DNA from: Clostridium sp.
GTDB lineage: Bacteria; Bacillota; Clostridia; Clostridiales; Clostridiaceae
Direction: 5' to 3'
Length of the DNA: 32,000 bases
Assembly: GCF_029267215.1 (NCBI RefSeq)
Contig: NZ_JARIDH010000032.1
Location: 14,909 to 46,908 of the forward strand
Under the pieces are notes generated by a model. It was not told where the DNA came from. It worked only from the letters and a program-made list of their open reading frames with translations, and did no database searches. This document shows, in pieces, positions 1 through 8,533 of the stretch. The stretch's first letter is position 1. Every line of letters begins with the position of its first letter. Both the position numbers and the translations under genes were made by a program.

Positions 1-111
1 ATTCTTATTTCCACCAAATTTATTAGTTATATCCTTAGATGTACATCCAACAATAATTAATCCTAAAGCTATACATAATACTATAATAAAACTTACTTTT
101 TTATTTTTCAC
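1..111 (-). CDS. Putative lipoprotein, N-terminal fragment (gene runs off the left edge)
   Basis: The minus strand reads GTG (109-111) followed by KNKKVSFIIVLCIALGLIIVGC-TSKDITNKFGGNKN. This has a basic n-region, a hydrophobic core and an I-V-G-C lipobox. The GTG overlaps the last codons of lgt in a different frame. It is absent from the ORF track because it is truncated. Confidence 0.45.
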   Translation of the reverse strand, partial: MKNKKVSFIIVLCIALGLIIVGCTSKDITNKFGGNKN

Positions 112-871
112 TTGTTTGTTTTCTCCCTTTTATTTTATTTATATTATATAGTATAATTCCTCCTATTAATATAAATATTGATATAAATTGAGATGTAGAT
201 AAAAATCCAACGTTACCTCTAGGGTCATTTCGTAAAAATTCAACAAAGAATCTTCCTATGCTGTATATTATCATATACATACTAAGAGTTTTTCCATGTT
301 CTTTATTTTTATTGCCATACCATAGTAAAAATAAACCTAATGCAAAATCAAAAACTGATGAAAAAATTTGTGTTGGATATAATGGAATTCCTGCCGGTGC
401 TAATGAACCCTTTGGAAAAACAACCCCTATAAAGCTATGTGTTTCAGCTCCATAACAACATCCTGCAAGGAAACATCCTATTCTTCCAAAACCTTGTGCT
501 ATAGCAACCCCAGGTATAACCAAATCACTAAGTTCTAACACACTCCACTTATTTTTACGAGAATACATTGCAATTGCTAAGGCTCCTCCAATTATAGCTC
601 CGTAAATTACAAATCCATTTCCAAAATCTCTAAATATTATGCTTGGATCTTCTGTTACAAGTTTCCATTCCGTAATTATATAAAGTAACTTTCCTCCAAG
701 TATTCCAGAGATAACAGTTATGATAGTTGCATTGAATAATTTATCTTCATTGTACCCCCTTTTGGTAGCCCTGTTTATGAATAATAAGGTAGCACAAATT
801 ATGCCTAGTCCTATCATAAATCCATAGCTATAAATCTTCAAGCCAAAAATTTCCCCTAAAACAATTCTCAT
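101..871 (-). CDS. lgt: Prolipoprotein diacylglyceryl transferase (Lgt)
   Basis: Multi-TM protein with the Lgt-typical GRIGCFLAGCCYG motif and the N-terminus MRIVLGEIFGLKIYSYG. The ORF is open to 883, but GGAGGAG sits just upstream of the ATG at 871, and no RBS precedes 883. Confidence 0.9.
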   Translation of the reverse strand: MRIVLGEIFGLKIYSYGFMIGLGIICATLLFINRATKRGYNEDKLFNATIITVISGILGGKLLYIITEWKLVTEDPSIIFRDFGNGFVIYGAIIGGALAIAMYSRKNKWSVLELSDLVIPGVAIAQGFGRIGCFLAGCCYGAETHSFIGVVFPKGSLAPAGIPLYPTQIFSSVFDFALGLFLLWYGNKNKEHGKTLSMYMIIYSIGRFFVEFLRNDPRGNVGFLSTSQFISIFILIGGIILYNINKIKGRKQTSEK

Positions 872-899
872 AAACTCCTCCATATTTAATTTGTAAATT

Positions 900-930
900 T
901 AAAAAAGAAGCATAATTTATGCTTCTCTTT
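900..930 (-). terminator. Rho-independent terminator after the 190-aa gene
   Basis: AGAAGCATA/TATGCTTCT stem (906-926), followed on the minus strand by a T-run. Confidence 0.6.
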
Positions 931-970
931 TAAATAATTATAATACTTATACAAATTCAAATCAAATTTT

Positions 971-1543
971 CTAATCATTGTCAAACAAACTATGAATTAT
1001 TGCTTTATACACAACAGAATAATCCTCTTTTTCATTCTTCTCACTAGCACTAAATAATACTTTCACTATCTTATTTTCACCAATTTCCTTGTAGTAGATA
1101 GTATTTATATATATATCTCCCTTTTCATTTTTCTCTTTAAATACAACTTTCTTAACAATATCATCTTCAATCTTTTCATCCACAATCAAATAATTGCTTA
1201 CATTACTTGTGTCTAAATTTTTCTTATCCTTTTCAATTACATTATCTATTTTCTCTTCAAAATTTAATATTTGAACATATCCAAAAATACCCATATCTTC
1301 ACTAGTAAAATTATTATCATAAATAATATAGTTTCCTGGATATTTCTTTTCTTCTACATCCCAACTATCAGGTAACTTATAAGATACAACTCCATCTAGG
1401 GCAGTATATGTACTAAGTCCTTCAATATTCTTATTTATCAATGCAACTCTGTTTATATTATTATTAAATATATTCTCACCACTAACTAATATAAGCATAA
1501 GAAGAATCAGTACTAATGTTATTCCTAACTGCTTTTTATTCAT
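971..1543 (-). CDS. Hypothetical membrane-anchored or secreted protein (190 aa)
   Basis: RBS AGAGGTGA lies 6 nt upstream of the ATG. The N-terminus MNKKQLGITLVLILLMLILVSG is a signal or anchor helix. The rest is hydrophilic and rich in K, E, N and D. I recognise no family. Confidence 0.7.
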   Translation of the reverse strand: MNKKQLGITLVLILLMLILVSGENIFNNNINRVALINKNIEGLSTYTALDGVVSYKLPDSWDVEEKKYPGNYIIYDNNFTSEDMGIFGYVQILNFEEKIDNVIEKDKKNLDTSNVSNYLIVDEKIEDDIVKKVVFKEKNEKGDIYINTIYYKEIGENKIVKVLFSASEKNEKEDYSVVYKAIIHSLFDND

Positions 1544-1669
1544 ATTGTTTCACCTCTTTTCCCTCATTTAGTAAAAAGTCTATACTTAAATATATTCAAG
1601 TTAACTTTAAAAATTACCATAAAATTAAAACACATTACCAAAATAAAAAACTTTGCTTTAAACAAAGAA

Positions 1670-1705
1670 AAACTGTCTATATAGTTTTTCTATATAAACA
1701 GTTTT
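1670..1705 (-). terminator. Rho-independent terminator after the 446-aa gene
   Basis: AACTGTCTATATAG/CTATATAAACAGTT stem with one mismatch, followed on the minus strand by TTTTTC. Confidence 0.6.
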
Positions 1706-1714
1706 TAGTTAAAT

Positions 1715-3055
1715 TTATTTCATAGGAATAACAACACATGAATTTTCAAAGTCATAGAACATTATCCAATATCCATTTCCCTCTTCACCATGCTCATCCC
1801 AAGTAACAAATCCTGTTCTTCCACCATAAGGTTGATCTTTTTTGCTCTTTGTTCCTGGAATTGCATATAAAATATATTTTATTTCTCCATCCTTATCACA
1901 CTTAATTCCAAAGAAGAAATGCCCTTTCTTATTTATATATGGATAATAATTTATCATTGGATAATACATCATTGTGTACTTATTATAATTTGACATGTTA
2001 CACATAGCATCAAAACTATCTACATCTACCTTGTACCAAGCACACCTTTTTATATCTTTAGCAAAACCAGTTACTTTTTCACATCCTTCTAATGCACCAA
2101 CTATGATTTCGCCTATAGGGCTATCAAAATCTACCTCATAACTTTCTCCTTGCACATTAACTTTCTCTCTATACTTAACTGACTCTATATCTTCTTCATA
2201 CTTATCAAATCTATTCTCTAACTCATACTCCTCTCCCTGATAGCTATCAGAACCTCTTTCTAATTTACCTATATAATCAAAGTCTCTCTTTATTTCTTCT
2301 TTCTTACTATAATCTTTCTTTTCTTTCATATAGTATTCATCATCATCTTTTTCATAACACTCTTTTTCCTTACTATATGTTTTGATATTTTCCTTTTTTT
2401 CTTTCATTACTTTTTCATTTTTTGGCTTTTCTTCAATTATATCTTCACAACTATGTTTTTCATCATCATTATACTCTTTATTCTTGCTATAATCCTCTTT
2501 TTTGTTATCTTCACTCTTTTTATAGTCATATTTTTTATGCTCTTTTTTCTCTTCCTTCTTATATTCTTTATCATTCTTATATTTATATTCCTTATTTACC
2601 TTTTCCTTAACTTCTCCACCAACAACCTTCTTAAGATCATAGTTTTTCCAGTTATCTTTAGGCATTTGATTATTTAAAAATCCACACATAAAGAAAACAA
2701 TTCTACCATTAATCTCTTTTCCAACTGCAGCTCCAACTATTTTGTCATAAGATATGTTTAAATCACCTATGTTGATAGAATCGTATTCTATGTTCATTTC
2801 AGCCTTTCCTTGCGGACTTATGTTCATTGGACCAAGATTTATATTCTTTTTAAAATCTTTTTTATCGCATACAAGTATCATGCAACACTCTTTATAATCT
2901 TTCTTTAAATTCTGAGCATAGAAAGAAACCTTACATTTATCATTTCTAGTTTCTATTTTGGCATATCCAGTTAAAGGCTTATCTGAAGCCATTGAATGTC
3001 CTTTTTCATCTTCTTGTAAAATTATAAAACTTCTATATGATTTATTATGTGCCAA
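1715..3055 (-). CDS. Orphan hypothetical protein (446 aa) with a central K/E/D/Y low-complexity linker
   Basis: Long ORF with a TTG start at 3055, preceded by GGAGGGA 8 nt upstream. Ordered-looking N- and C-terminal domains rich in Cys and aromatic residues flank a charged low-complexity region of about 140 aa. Terminators lie on both sides. Confidence 0.75.
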   Translation of the reverse strand: MAHNKSYRSFIILQEDEKGHSMASDKPLTGYAKIETRNDKCKVSFYAQNLKKDYKECCMILVCDKKDFKKNINLGPMNISPQGKAEMNIEYDSINIGDLNISYDKIVGAAVGKEINGRIVFFMCGFLNNQMPKDNWKNYDLKKVVGGEVKEKVNKEYKYKNDKEYKKEEKKEHKKYDYKKSEDNKKEDYSKNKEYNDDEKHSCEDIIEEKPKNEKVMKEKKENIKTYSKEKECYEKDDDEYYMKEKKDYSKKEEIKRDFDYIGKLERGSDSYQGEEYELENRFDKYEEDIESVKYREKVNVQGESYEVDFDSPIGEIIVGALEGCEKVTGFAKDIKRCAWYKVDVDSFDAMCNMSNYNKYTMMYYPMINYYPYINKKGHFFFGIKCDKDGEIKYILYAIPGTKSKKDQPYGGRTGFVTWDEHGEEGNGYWIMFYDFENSCVVIPMK

Positions 3056-3113
3056 TTCTCTGGTCCCTCCAATATAATTTTATTCTTTACAGTATATGAA
3101 AGAATAAAAAAAA

Positions 3114-3146
3114 AGAGAATAAAAATTTTTTAAATTCTTATTCTCT
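3114..3146 (-). terminator. Rho-independent terminator after rsmA
   Basis: AGAGAATAA...TTATTCTCT stem, followed on the minus strand by a run of 9 T. Confidence 0.65.
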
Positions 3147-3153
3147 AGAACAT

Positions 3154-4011
3154 CTAATTATTCATATATTTATCTATTGCATCTGAAAGAGCACCAAACT
3201 CAGCTAAACTTAAAGTTTCTCCTCTTCTCTTTGGATCTATTCCTGATTCTTCATATGCTTTTTGCATAAGTTCTTTATCAAGTTTTATATTCTTAGTTGC
3301 ATTCCATAAAGTTTTTCTTCTCATATTGAATGCATGTCTAACAATCTCAAAGAATAATTTTTCATTATTAACCTTAACACTTGGTTCTTCTAATCTTTCT
3401 AATCTTATTACTATAGAATCAACCTTTGGTCTTGGTATAAAGCATGAAGGTGGTACTTTTCTAACAATCTTAGTATTGCAGTAATATTGTACTAAAATTG
3501 ATAATGCGCCATAATCCTTACAATTTGGTTCTGCATTCATTCTCTCTGCAACTTCTTTTTGAATCATTATTGTTAATGATTTAAAATTATATCCACCTTT
3601 TAATAGATTTACTATTATAGGAGTTGTTACATAGTATGGTAAGTTAGCAACAAGCTTAACACTCTTCTCTTCTCCTATAATTTCATTAAAATCTACTTTT
3701 AAGGCATCATTATGTATTAATTGAAATTTTTGATTATCTCCAAGCTCGGCTGTTAATATTGGTATTAATGAACTATCTAGCTCAATAGCAACAACCCTCT
3801 TAGCTCTCTTAAGCAACTGGGCAGTAAGTGTACCAACCCCAGGTCCAATCTCTATTACTAAATCCTCTTCATTAACATCTGCCCCATTAACTATATCTCT
3901 AGGCACAGACTCATCTATTAGGAAGTTTTGTCCTAAACTTTTTGAAAATCTAAAGTTATACTTTTGAACAAGCTCCTTGGTCTTGATATCTTTTATATCG
4001 TTTATATCCAT
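3154..4011 (-). CDS. rsmA: 16S rRNA (adenine1518/1519-N6)-dimethyltransferase RsmA/KsgA
   Basis: Motifs [19 protein letters not shown] (SAM binding) and [19 protein letters not shown]. Classic position downstream of rnmV. Confidence 0.95.
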   Translation of the reverse strand: MDINDIKDIKTKELVQKYNFRFSKSLGQNFLIDESVPRDIVNGADVNEEDLVIEIGPGVGTLTAQLLKRAKRVVAIELDSSLIPILTAELGDNQKFQLIHNDALKVDFNEIIGEEKSVKLVANLPYYVTTPIIVNLLKGGYNFKSLTIMIQKEVAERMNAEPNCKDYGALSILVQYYCNTKIVRKVPPSCFIPRPKVDSIVIRLERLEEPSVKVNNEKLFFEIVRHAFNMRRKTLWNATKNIKLDKELMQKAYEESGIDPKRRGETLSLAEFGALSDAIDKYMNN

Positions 4012-4022
4012 TCATTTTTCTC

Positions 4023-4577
4023 CTATATCATTTTTTCTATCTTTTCTATAGCTTTAACAAATTCTTCTTTTGTTATGCCATAGTTATTTAATCTTGAAAG
4101 AACTTGGTTTGCATTACCATAACCAATTCTTAATTCTTTTCCAAGCAATTCTCTTCTAAGCTTTGCTTTTGGATCTGCTGATAATCCAAAGTATATTAAA
4201 TCTTGTATTGTAAACTCTTCTCTCTTATCTTCAAGTGTTATTTTTGCACTTTCTAAAGCTTTTATAATAGCTTCTGGGCAAGCATTTTCCACACCTATAT
4301 TTCCATCCTTAGCTCTTGTTCCTTCTTCTCTTCCAATATAAGCATGTTTAACACCTTTAACTCTCTTAGAAATTATATTTCTTATTTTTTCCCCAGCAAA
4401 ATCAGGATCAGTAAGAACTATAACACCCTTTCTCTTCTGTGCTTCCTTTATTCTCTCTATTACCTTTGCATTTATTCCAAACCCACCAACAGCAATCATT
4501 TCGGCATCCACAGCTTTTTTTACTGCTGTTATATCATCTCTTCCTTCAACTACGATAACTTCTTTAATCAAGGTCAA
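4023..4577 (-). CDS. rnmV: Ribonuclease M5 (Toprim domain)
   Basis: IKEVIVVEGRDD and VLTDPDFAGEKIR Toprim motifs. There is no ATG start. TTG codons lie at 4577 and 4571, and AGGGAG spacing favours 4571. Confidence 0.9.
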   Translation of the reverse strand: MTLIKEVIVVEGRDDITAVKKAVDAEMIAVGGFGINAKVIERIKEAQKRKGVIVLTDPDFAGEKIRNIISKRVKGVKHAYIGREEGTRAKDGNIGVENACPEAIIKALESAKITLEDKREEFTIQDLIYFGLSADPKAKLRRELLGKELRIGYGNANQVLSRLNNYGITKEEFVKAIEKIEKMI

Positions 4578-4737
4578 AACTCCCTTTCTAATTATAAATA
4601 CTTAAATTAAGCATTCTCCATTTATGTAAATATATTTTCATTCATCAATGTTTAATTTATAAAACTCTATTTAATTTCTAAATAGATATATTATATATAA
4701 ATTTTTTTATAAAAAGCTACGTGAGCCTTACTACAAC

Positions 4738-4761
4738 ATTATAACAGATTATATTATAACA
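4738..4761 (-). promoter_or_regulatory. Two tandem extended -10 elements (TGTTATAAT x2) upstream of rnmV-rsmA
   Basis: The minus strand reads tTGTTATAATataatcTGTTATAATg. Both copies match TGnTATAAT. No clear -35 element. Confidence 0.4.
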
Positions 4762-4827
4762 AAACTTATATTTAATTATAAGTAAAAATACTAAGCTTTT
4801 ACATTTTACTATTTTTCCAAAAAAATT

Positions 4828-4866
4828 AGAGGGTTCTAAAAGACCTAAATCTTTTAGACTCCCTCT
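4828..4866 (-). terminator. Rho-independent terminator after the yabE-like gene
   Basis: Long stem AGAGGGTTCTAAAAGA / TCTTTTAGACTCCCTCT with an internal mismatch, followed on the minus strand by AATTTTTTT. Confidence 0.65.
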
Positions 4867-4876
4867 TTAATTTCTT

Positions 4877-5899
4877 TTACCATTCTCCTGGATAAGCTAT
4901 AACATAAAGATTAATATTTCTTCTTCCCCAAGCTTTACATTCAGATGAAGAATTTAAGAATATATCTATTATATTATTTTTTATAGCTCCACCAGTGTCC
5001 TCAGCTATTGCATAGCCATATCCTTCAACATAAACCTTTGTTCCTAAAGGTATAACTCTTGGATCTACTGCTATTGTACTTAAACCACCTGGATTTCTCT
5101 TAGGCACTGTACCTGTGGCAGTTATTCCATCTCCAGAATAAGCTGTAGCTTGGACTGCTATTTTCTTTTTATAATTTATATTGTCATTTCCTCTTGAAAG
5201 AACTAACTCTTCCTTAGTTCCTTTTGTAATGATTTGATTAACTGGCTCCTTGACAACTTTAGATTCAACTACTTCTCTTGAAACTTCTTGGCCATTTTCC
5301 ATAACTACTTTTATAGTTACTTCTTTTTCTCCATTAACTCCTTCTTGAGTAGTTTTTTTAACACCTTTATCTAAGTTTTTATCTTCTTTTATTTCAGTTT
5401 CAAATTCAATCAGTTCTTTCTCAACTATTGTTTTTTCATGAACTCTTGTAATTTTTACTTTTAAATCTTTAGATAGTTCTGTGTCCATTGAAGGTTCAAC
5501 CTTATCTAAATTGTTGATAGTTATTCCTTCTTTAACCAGCATATCCTTTACTGAATTCTCAGCAGAATCTATCTTAATATCTTTTCCATCAACCATTACT
5601 TCCACTGGAACTGCTTTTTTAATCTTTATAACATCATCATTAGATAATTTCGTTGTTAAGCTTGGCTCAACTTTATCCTTATCTGATAAATAAATTCCTT
5701 CTTGATTTAAAACTGCTTGTACATTTCCTTTAAATGTAGTAACCTCAATTTTATTTCCGTCTAAATCTATAATTATATTTTTATGTGCTGTTGCACCAAT
5801 TATTACAGAGCATGTTAATAATACTCCACATACACTTAATATAATTTTACTGTTTTTCGAGGCAACCTTCTCTTTCAATGCCTTAAATATTTTTTTCAT
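4877..5899 (-). CDS. YabE-like cell-wall protein (N-terminal anchor, 2x DUF348, G5, 3D/RlpA-like domain)
   Basis: Two DUF348-like repeats (..DGNKIEVTT.. and ..DGKDIKIDS..) and a G5-like segment. The C-terminal 3D domain reads ATAYSGDGITATG...IAVDPRVIPLGTKVYVEGYGYAIAEDTGGAIK. Same slot as B. subtilis yabE, between tatD and rnmV. Confidence 0.85.
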   Translation of the reverse strand: MKKIFKALKEKVASKNSKIILSVCGVLLTCSVIIGATAHKNIIIDLDGNKIEVTTFKGNVQAVLNQEGIYLSDKDKVEPSLTTKLSNDDVIKIKKAVPVEVMVDGKDIKIDSAENSVKDMLVKEGITINNLDKVEPSMDTELSKDLKVKITRVHEKTIVEKELIEFETEIKEDKNLDKGVKKTTQEGVNGEKEVTIKVVMENGQEVSREVVESKVVKEPVNQIITKGTKEELVLSRGNDNINYKKKIAVQATAYSGDGITATGTVPKRNPGGLSTIAVDPRVIPLGTKVYVEGYGYAIAEDTGGAIKNNIIDIFLNSSSECKAWGRRNINLYVIAYPGEW

Positions 5900-5934
5900 G
5901 TAACTTCCCCCTTTTAGGCAAGAGTCATTTCGAC

Positions 5935-5963
5935 ATTATATATTACCTTTTCAAGTATGTCAA
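5935..5963 (-). promoter_or_regulatory. Sigma-A-type promoter of the yabE-like gene
   Basis: The minus strand reads TTGACA, a 17-nt spacer, then TATAAT, about 35 nt upstream of the ATG. Confidence 0.6.
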
Positions 5964-6067
5964 ATTTACTGACTCTATTTTTTATACTTTTAGTTGTAAA
6001 TTATAATAAATAATTGACCTCTGCTTATACAGGGATTTGGATAATAATGGTTAATTAATATTCAAAA

Positions 6068-6097
6068 GAAGTACACTATAGTATATTAGTGTACTCC
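6068..6097 (-). terminator. Hairpin / probable terminator after tatD
   Basis: AGTACACTA (6070-6078) pairs with TAGTGTACT (6087-6095). The minus-strand tail CTTTTG is only weakly T-rich. Confidence 0.5.
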
Positions 6098-6143
6098 ATT
6101 TATTATTACTTATATTTTTCATTAGTTTAATATTTTTTACATA

Positions 6144-6914
6144 TTAAATTTTAAATAAATCACTCTTATTTTTAAGTAAAATTTCATTCATTTCTTCTCC
6201 AGAAACTCCTCTAATTTCACTCATCTTGTCTATTATAAATTCTATATAATCTGACTGGTTTCTTTTTCCTCTAAAAGGAACTGGTGCCATGAATGGACAA
6301 TCTGTTTCAACCAGCATTCTATCTGAAGGTATTTCCTTACAAACTTCCACTAATTTCTTTGCATTTTTAAATGTTAAAACACCTGTAAATCCTATATAAT
6401 ATCCAAGCTTAATACATTCTTTTGCAAATTCAACAGAACCTGAAAAACAATGTATAACCCCTTTTACATTAGGAAATTCTTTCATGATTTCTAAAGTGTC
6501 CCCATGTGCATCTCTATCATGAATTATTACAGGTAAATTTAACTCATCTGCCAGTTTCATTTGCGCTCTAAAAACTTCTTTTTGAACTTCCTTTGGTGGA
6601 TTTTCTTCCCAGTAATAATCTAGTCCAATTTCACCTATAGCTTTAACTTTTTCTTCTTTAACATATTCTTTTATTTCTTTTACAACTTCCTCATTAAATT
6701 CATCTGCATTTTCTGGATGAATTCCAACAGCTGCATAGAAAATATCAAAATCTCTTGAAAGTTCAACTGATTTTCTTAATCCATATAAATCAGAACCGCA
6801 GTTTAAAATTCCAACAACCCCATTATTTTCTAATTCTTTTACAAGATTTTCTCTGTCCTCATTAAAATCTTTTGAATCATAATGTGCATGTGTATCAAAT
6901 ATTTTGTACTTCAT
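6144..6914 (-). CDS. tatD: TatD-family metal-dependent DNase/hydrolase (YabD)
   Basis: FDTHAHYD, GEIGLDYYW, IHDRDAH and ETDCPFMAP motifs. AGGAGA RBS overlaps the end of the upstream gene. Confidence 0.9.
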   Translation of the reverse strand: MKYKIFDTHAHYDSKDFNEDRENLVKELENNGVVGILNCGSDLYGLRKSVELSRDFDIFYAAVGIHPENADEFNEEVVKEIKEYVKEEKVKAIGEIGLDYYWEENPPKEVQKEVFRAQMKLADELNLPVIIHDRDAHGDTLEIMKEFPNVKGVIHCFSGSVEFAKECIKLGYYIGFTGVLTFKNAKKLVEVCKEIPSDRMLVETDCPFMAPVPFRGKRNQSDYIEFIIDKMSEIRGVSGEEMNEILLKNKSDLFKI

Positions 6915-6932
6915 AATTTTCTCCTTCTCTCC

Positions 6933-8432
6933 TTACATATACATTGTAGATAAAAGTGGTGAAAGTATTCCTAAAATCCCACCTAATAAAGCTCCAAGCC
7001 AAGTTATAGCCTTAAGTTCCTTATTTGCTATTCCTAAAATTATTTCCTCTGCATAATCAACTTCAAAAGCATTAATCTGCTCTTCAACTATAGAAGAAAT
7101 ATCCACTATTTCAAGAACTTTAGATGATTTATTATCCACAAAATCATTATAAAGATTGTCTAAAATACTCATTATCTTATCTTCTAGTTTTTGTCTATTA
7201 TAACATATATCACCCAGAGTTTTCTGTAAAAATTTAGAAAATAATTTTTCTATTACTTCACTAATTTGTAAACTTAACTTAGAATCATTAATAATTTTTG
7301 AAATAATTAAATCACCACTCAATATTAAGGTGCTTTCATAATCCCCAAATAAAGCTTTTAAAAGTTCATCATAACTTGTAAATTCAGATAATTTCTCATT
7401 AATTTTTTCAATCAATAAATTTTTATTATCTTCTTCAAAAACCTTTTTAGCTACTTTATTTCCTAATGTTTCAGAAATAATGCTAAACTTATCCTCTCCA
7501 ATATTTTGTGCAACATCACTTATTTTTTTATTCATACTCTCTTGAATAAATATTAAGACTGCATCACATAAATATTCTTTATTTTCTTCTTTATCTAAAG
7601 CTGAGTCTATTAAAGAAACAATTTTTCCATATATCACATCACCATTTAAAAACATAGATACTATAGAAGGAATATTTTCATTTATAGCACCTTTTATTTT
7701 AAATGATACCTCTTCATCCCTTAATAACTTTTTAATAATTTCAGCAAGTGTATCCTTTTGAGATTTAACATATTCCTCAATTGTTGGCTTTAGGGCTTCT
7801 GGAACTAACTCATTTATTAATCTCTCATCATTTTCTAAAGCTTTTAATTCTTTTAAAATACCACTTTCTAATGCTTTACTAGTTTTTTCTTCAGATAAAA
7901 CTTTATCAACTAACTTTTTAAATTTTTCACTATTTAAAAACTGTGATATTTTCTCTGGCTTCTTACTTAATTGTTCCTTTAATGCATCAACAATGTAAAA
8001 TTTAAGCTTATTCTTAAACTCTTCTTCTTTAATTGAATTTAAAATAGACTTACTAATTTGTTTTATAGTATCTGATTTTAAAGAATAATATTCTTCTCCT
8101 ATATAATTTTTTAAAATCTCTTCAATAGCCTCATCACTTTCAATTAACTTTTCTATTTTATTTTTAGCCATCTCATCAAATTTCAATTTAACCTTATCAT
8201 TTTTTAAGGCTTTTGTTAAACTATCAGAATTTAACAAATGGGTTCCAACAGTTTCTCCAACCTTATTAGCAATTCTACTTTTTTCTTTTGGTATTAAACC
8301 TGGTGTAAAAGGAACTTTCATTCCAAATATGTATTTTGCTTCTCTTGGTCTAAATAACATCTTTATAGCTAACCAGTTTGTTATATACCCTATAACCCCT
8401 CCAATCAAAGCTCCTATAAGATAAATTTTCAT
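6933..8432 (-). CDS. DUF445-family membrane protein
   Basis: N-terminus GALIGGVIGYITNWLAIKMLFRP and C-terminus WLGALLGGILG are typical of DUF445. Long helical K/E-rich middle region. AGGAGTGA RBS. Confidence 0.8.
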   Translation of the reverse strand: MKIYLIGALIGGVIGYITNWLAIKMLFRPREAKYIFGMKVPFTPGLIPKEKSRIANKVGETVGTHLLNSDSLTKALKNDKVKLKFDEMAKNKIEKLIESDEAIEEILKNYIGEEYYSLKSDTIKQISKSILNSIKEEEFKNKLKFYIVDALKEQLSKKPEKISQFLNSEKFKKLVDKVLSEEKTSKALESGILKELKALENDERLINELVPEALKPTIEEYVKSQKDTLAEIIKKLLRDEEVSFKIKGAINENIPSIVSMFLNGDVIYGKIVSLIDSALDKEENKEYLCDAVLIFIQESMNKKISDVAQNIGEDKFSIISETLGNKVAKKVFEEDNKNLLIEKINEKLSEFTSYDELLKALFGDYESTLILSGDLIISKIINDSKLSLQISEVIEKLFSKFLQKTLGDICYNRQKLEDKIMSILDNLYNDFVDNKSSKVLEIVDISSIVEEQINAFEVDYAEEIILGIANKELKAITWLGALLGGILGILSPLLSTMYM

Positions 8433-8465
8433 TTATTTTTCACTCCTACCTATTAAATTTTCCCC

Positions 8466-8485
8466 TTAATAGTGTACACTATTAA
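8466..8485. promoter_or_regulatory. Perfect 20-bp palindrome TTAATAGTGTACACTATTAA (candidate operator)
   Basis: Exact self-complement. It lies in the divergent promoter region between the DUF445 gene and the Crp/Fnr-family gene. It overlaps the -35 position relative to the TATAAT at 8498-8503. Confidence 0.45.
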
Positions 8486-8533
8486 TATTCATATTAATAT
8501 AATACTACTTATTTTAAAAAGGTGGGTGATAAA

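Noticed and set aside
2200-2680. Repetitive-looking DNA and two plus-strand ORFs (2422-2610, 2453-2677)
   Set aside because: The apparent repetition is degenerate AAR/GAR/TAY codon low complexity inside the minus-strand 446-aa gene. It is not a tandem repeat with a fixed unit. The plus-strand ORFs are F/I/L-rich mirror images with no RBS.
3056-3113. Similarity of the 446-aa orphan to the sporulation protease YabG, which occupies this position in B. subtilis
   Set aside because: I could find no shared motifs between the two sequences. Only the genomic position is analogous.
5900-6067. Possible c-di-AMP (ydaO-type) riboswitch upstream of the yabE-like cell-wall gene
   Set aside because: A consensus promoter sits only about 35 nt upstream of the ATG, leaving no room for an aptamer. 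None of the conserved ydaO sequence blocks were seen upstream of it either.
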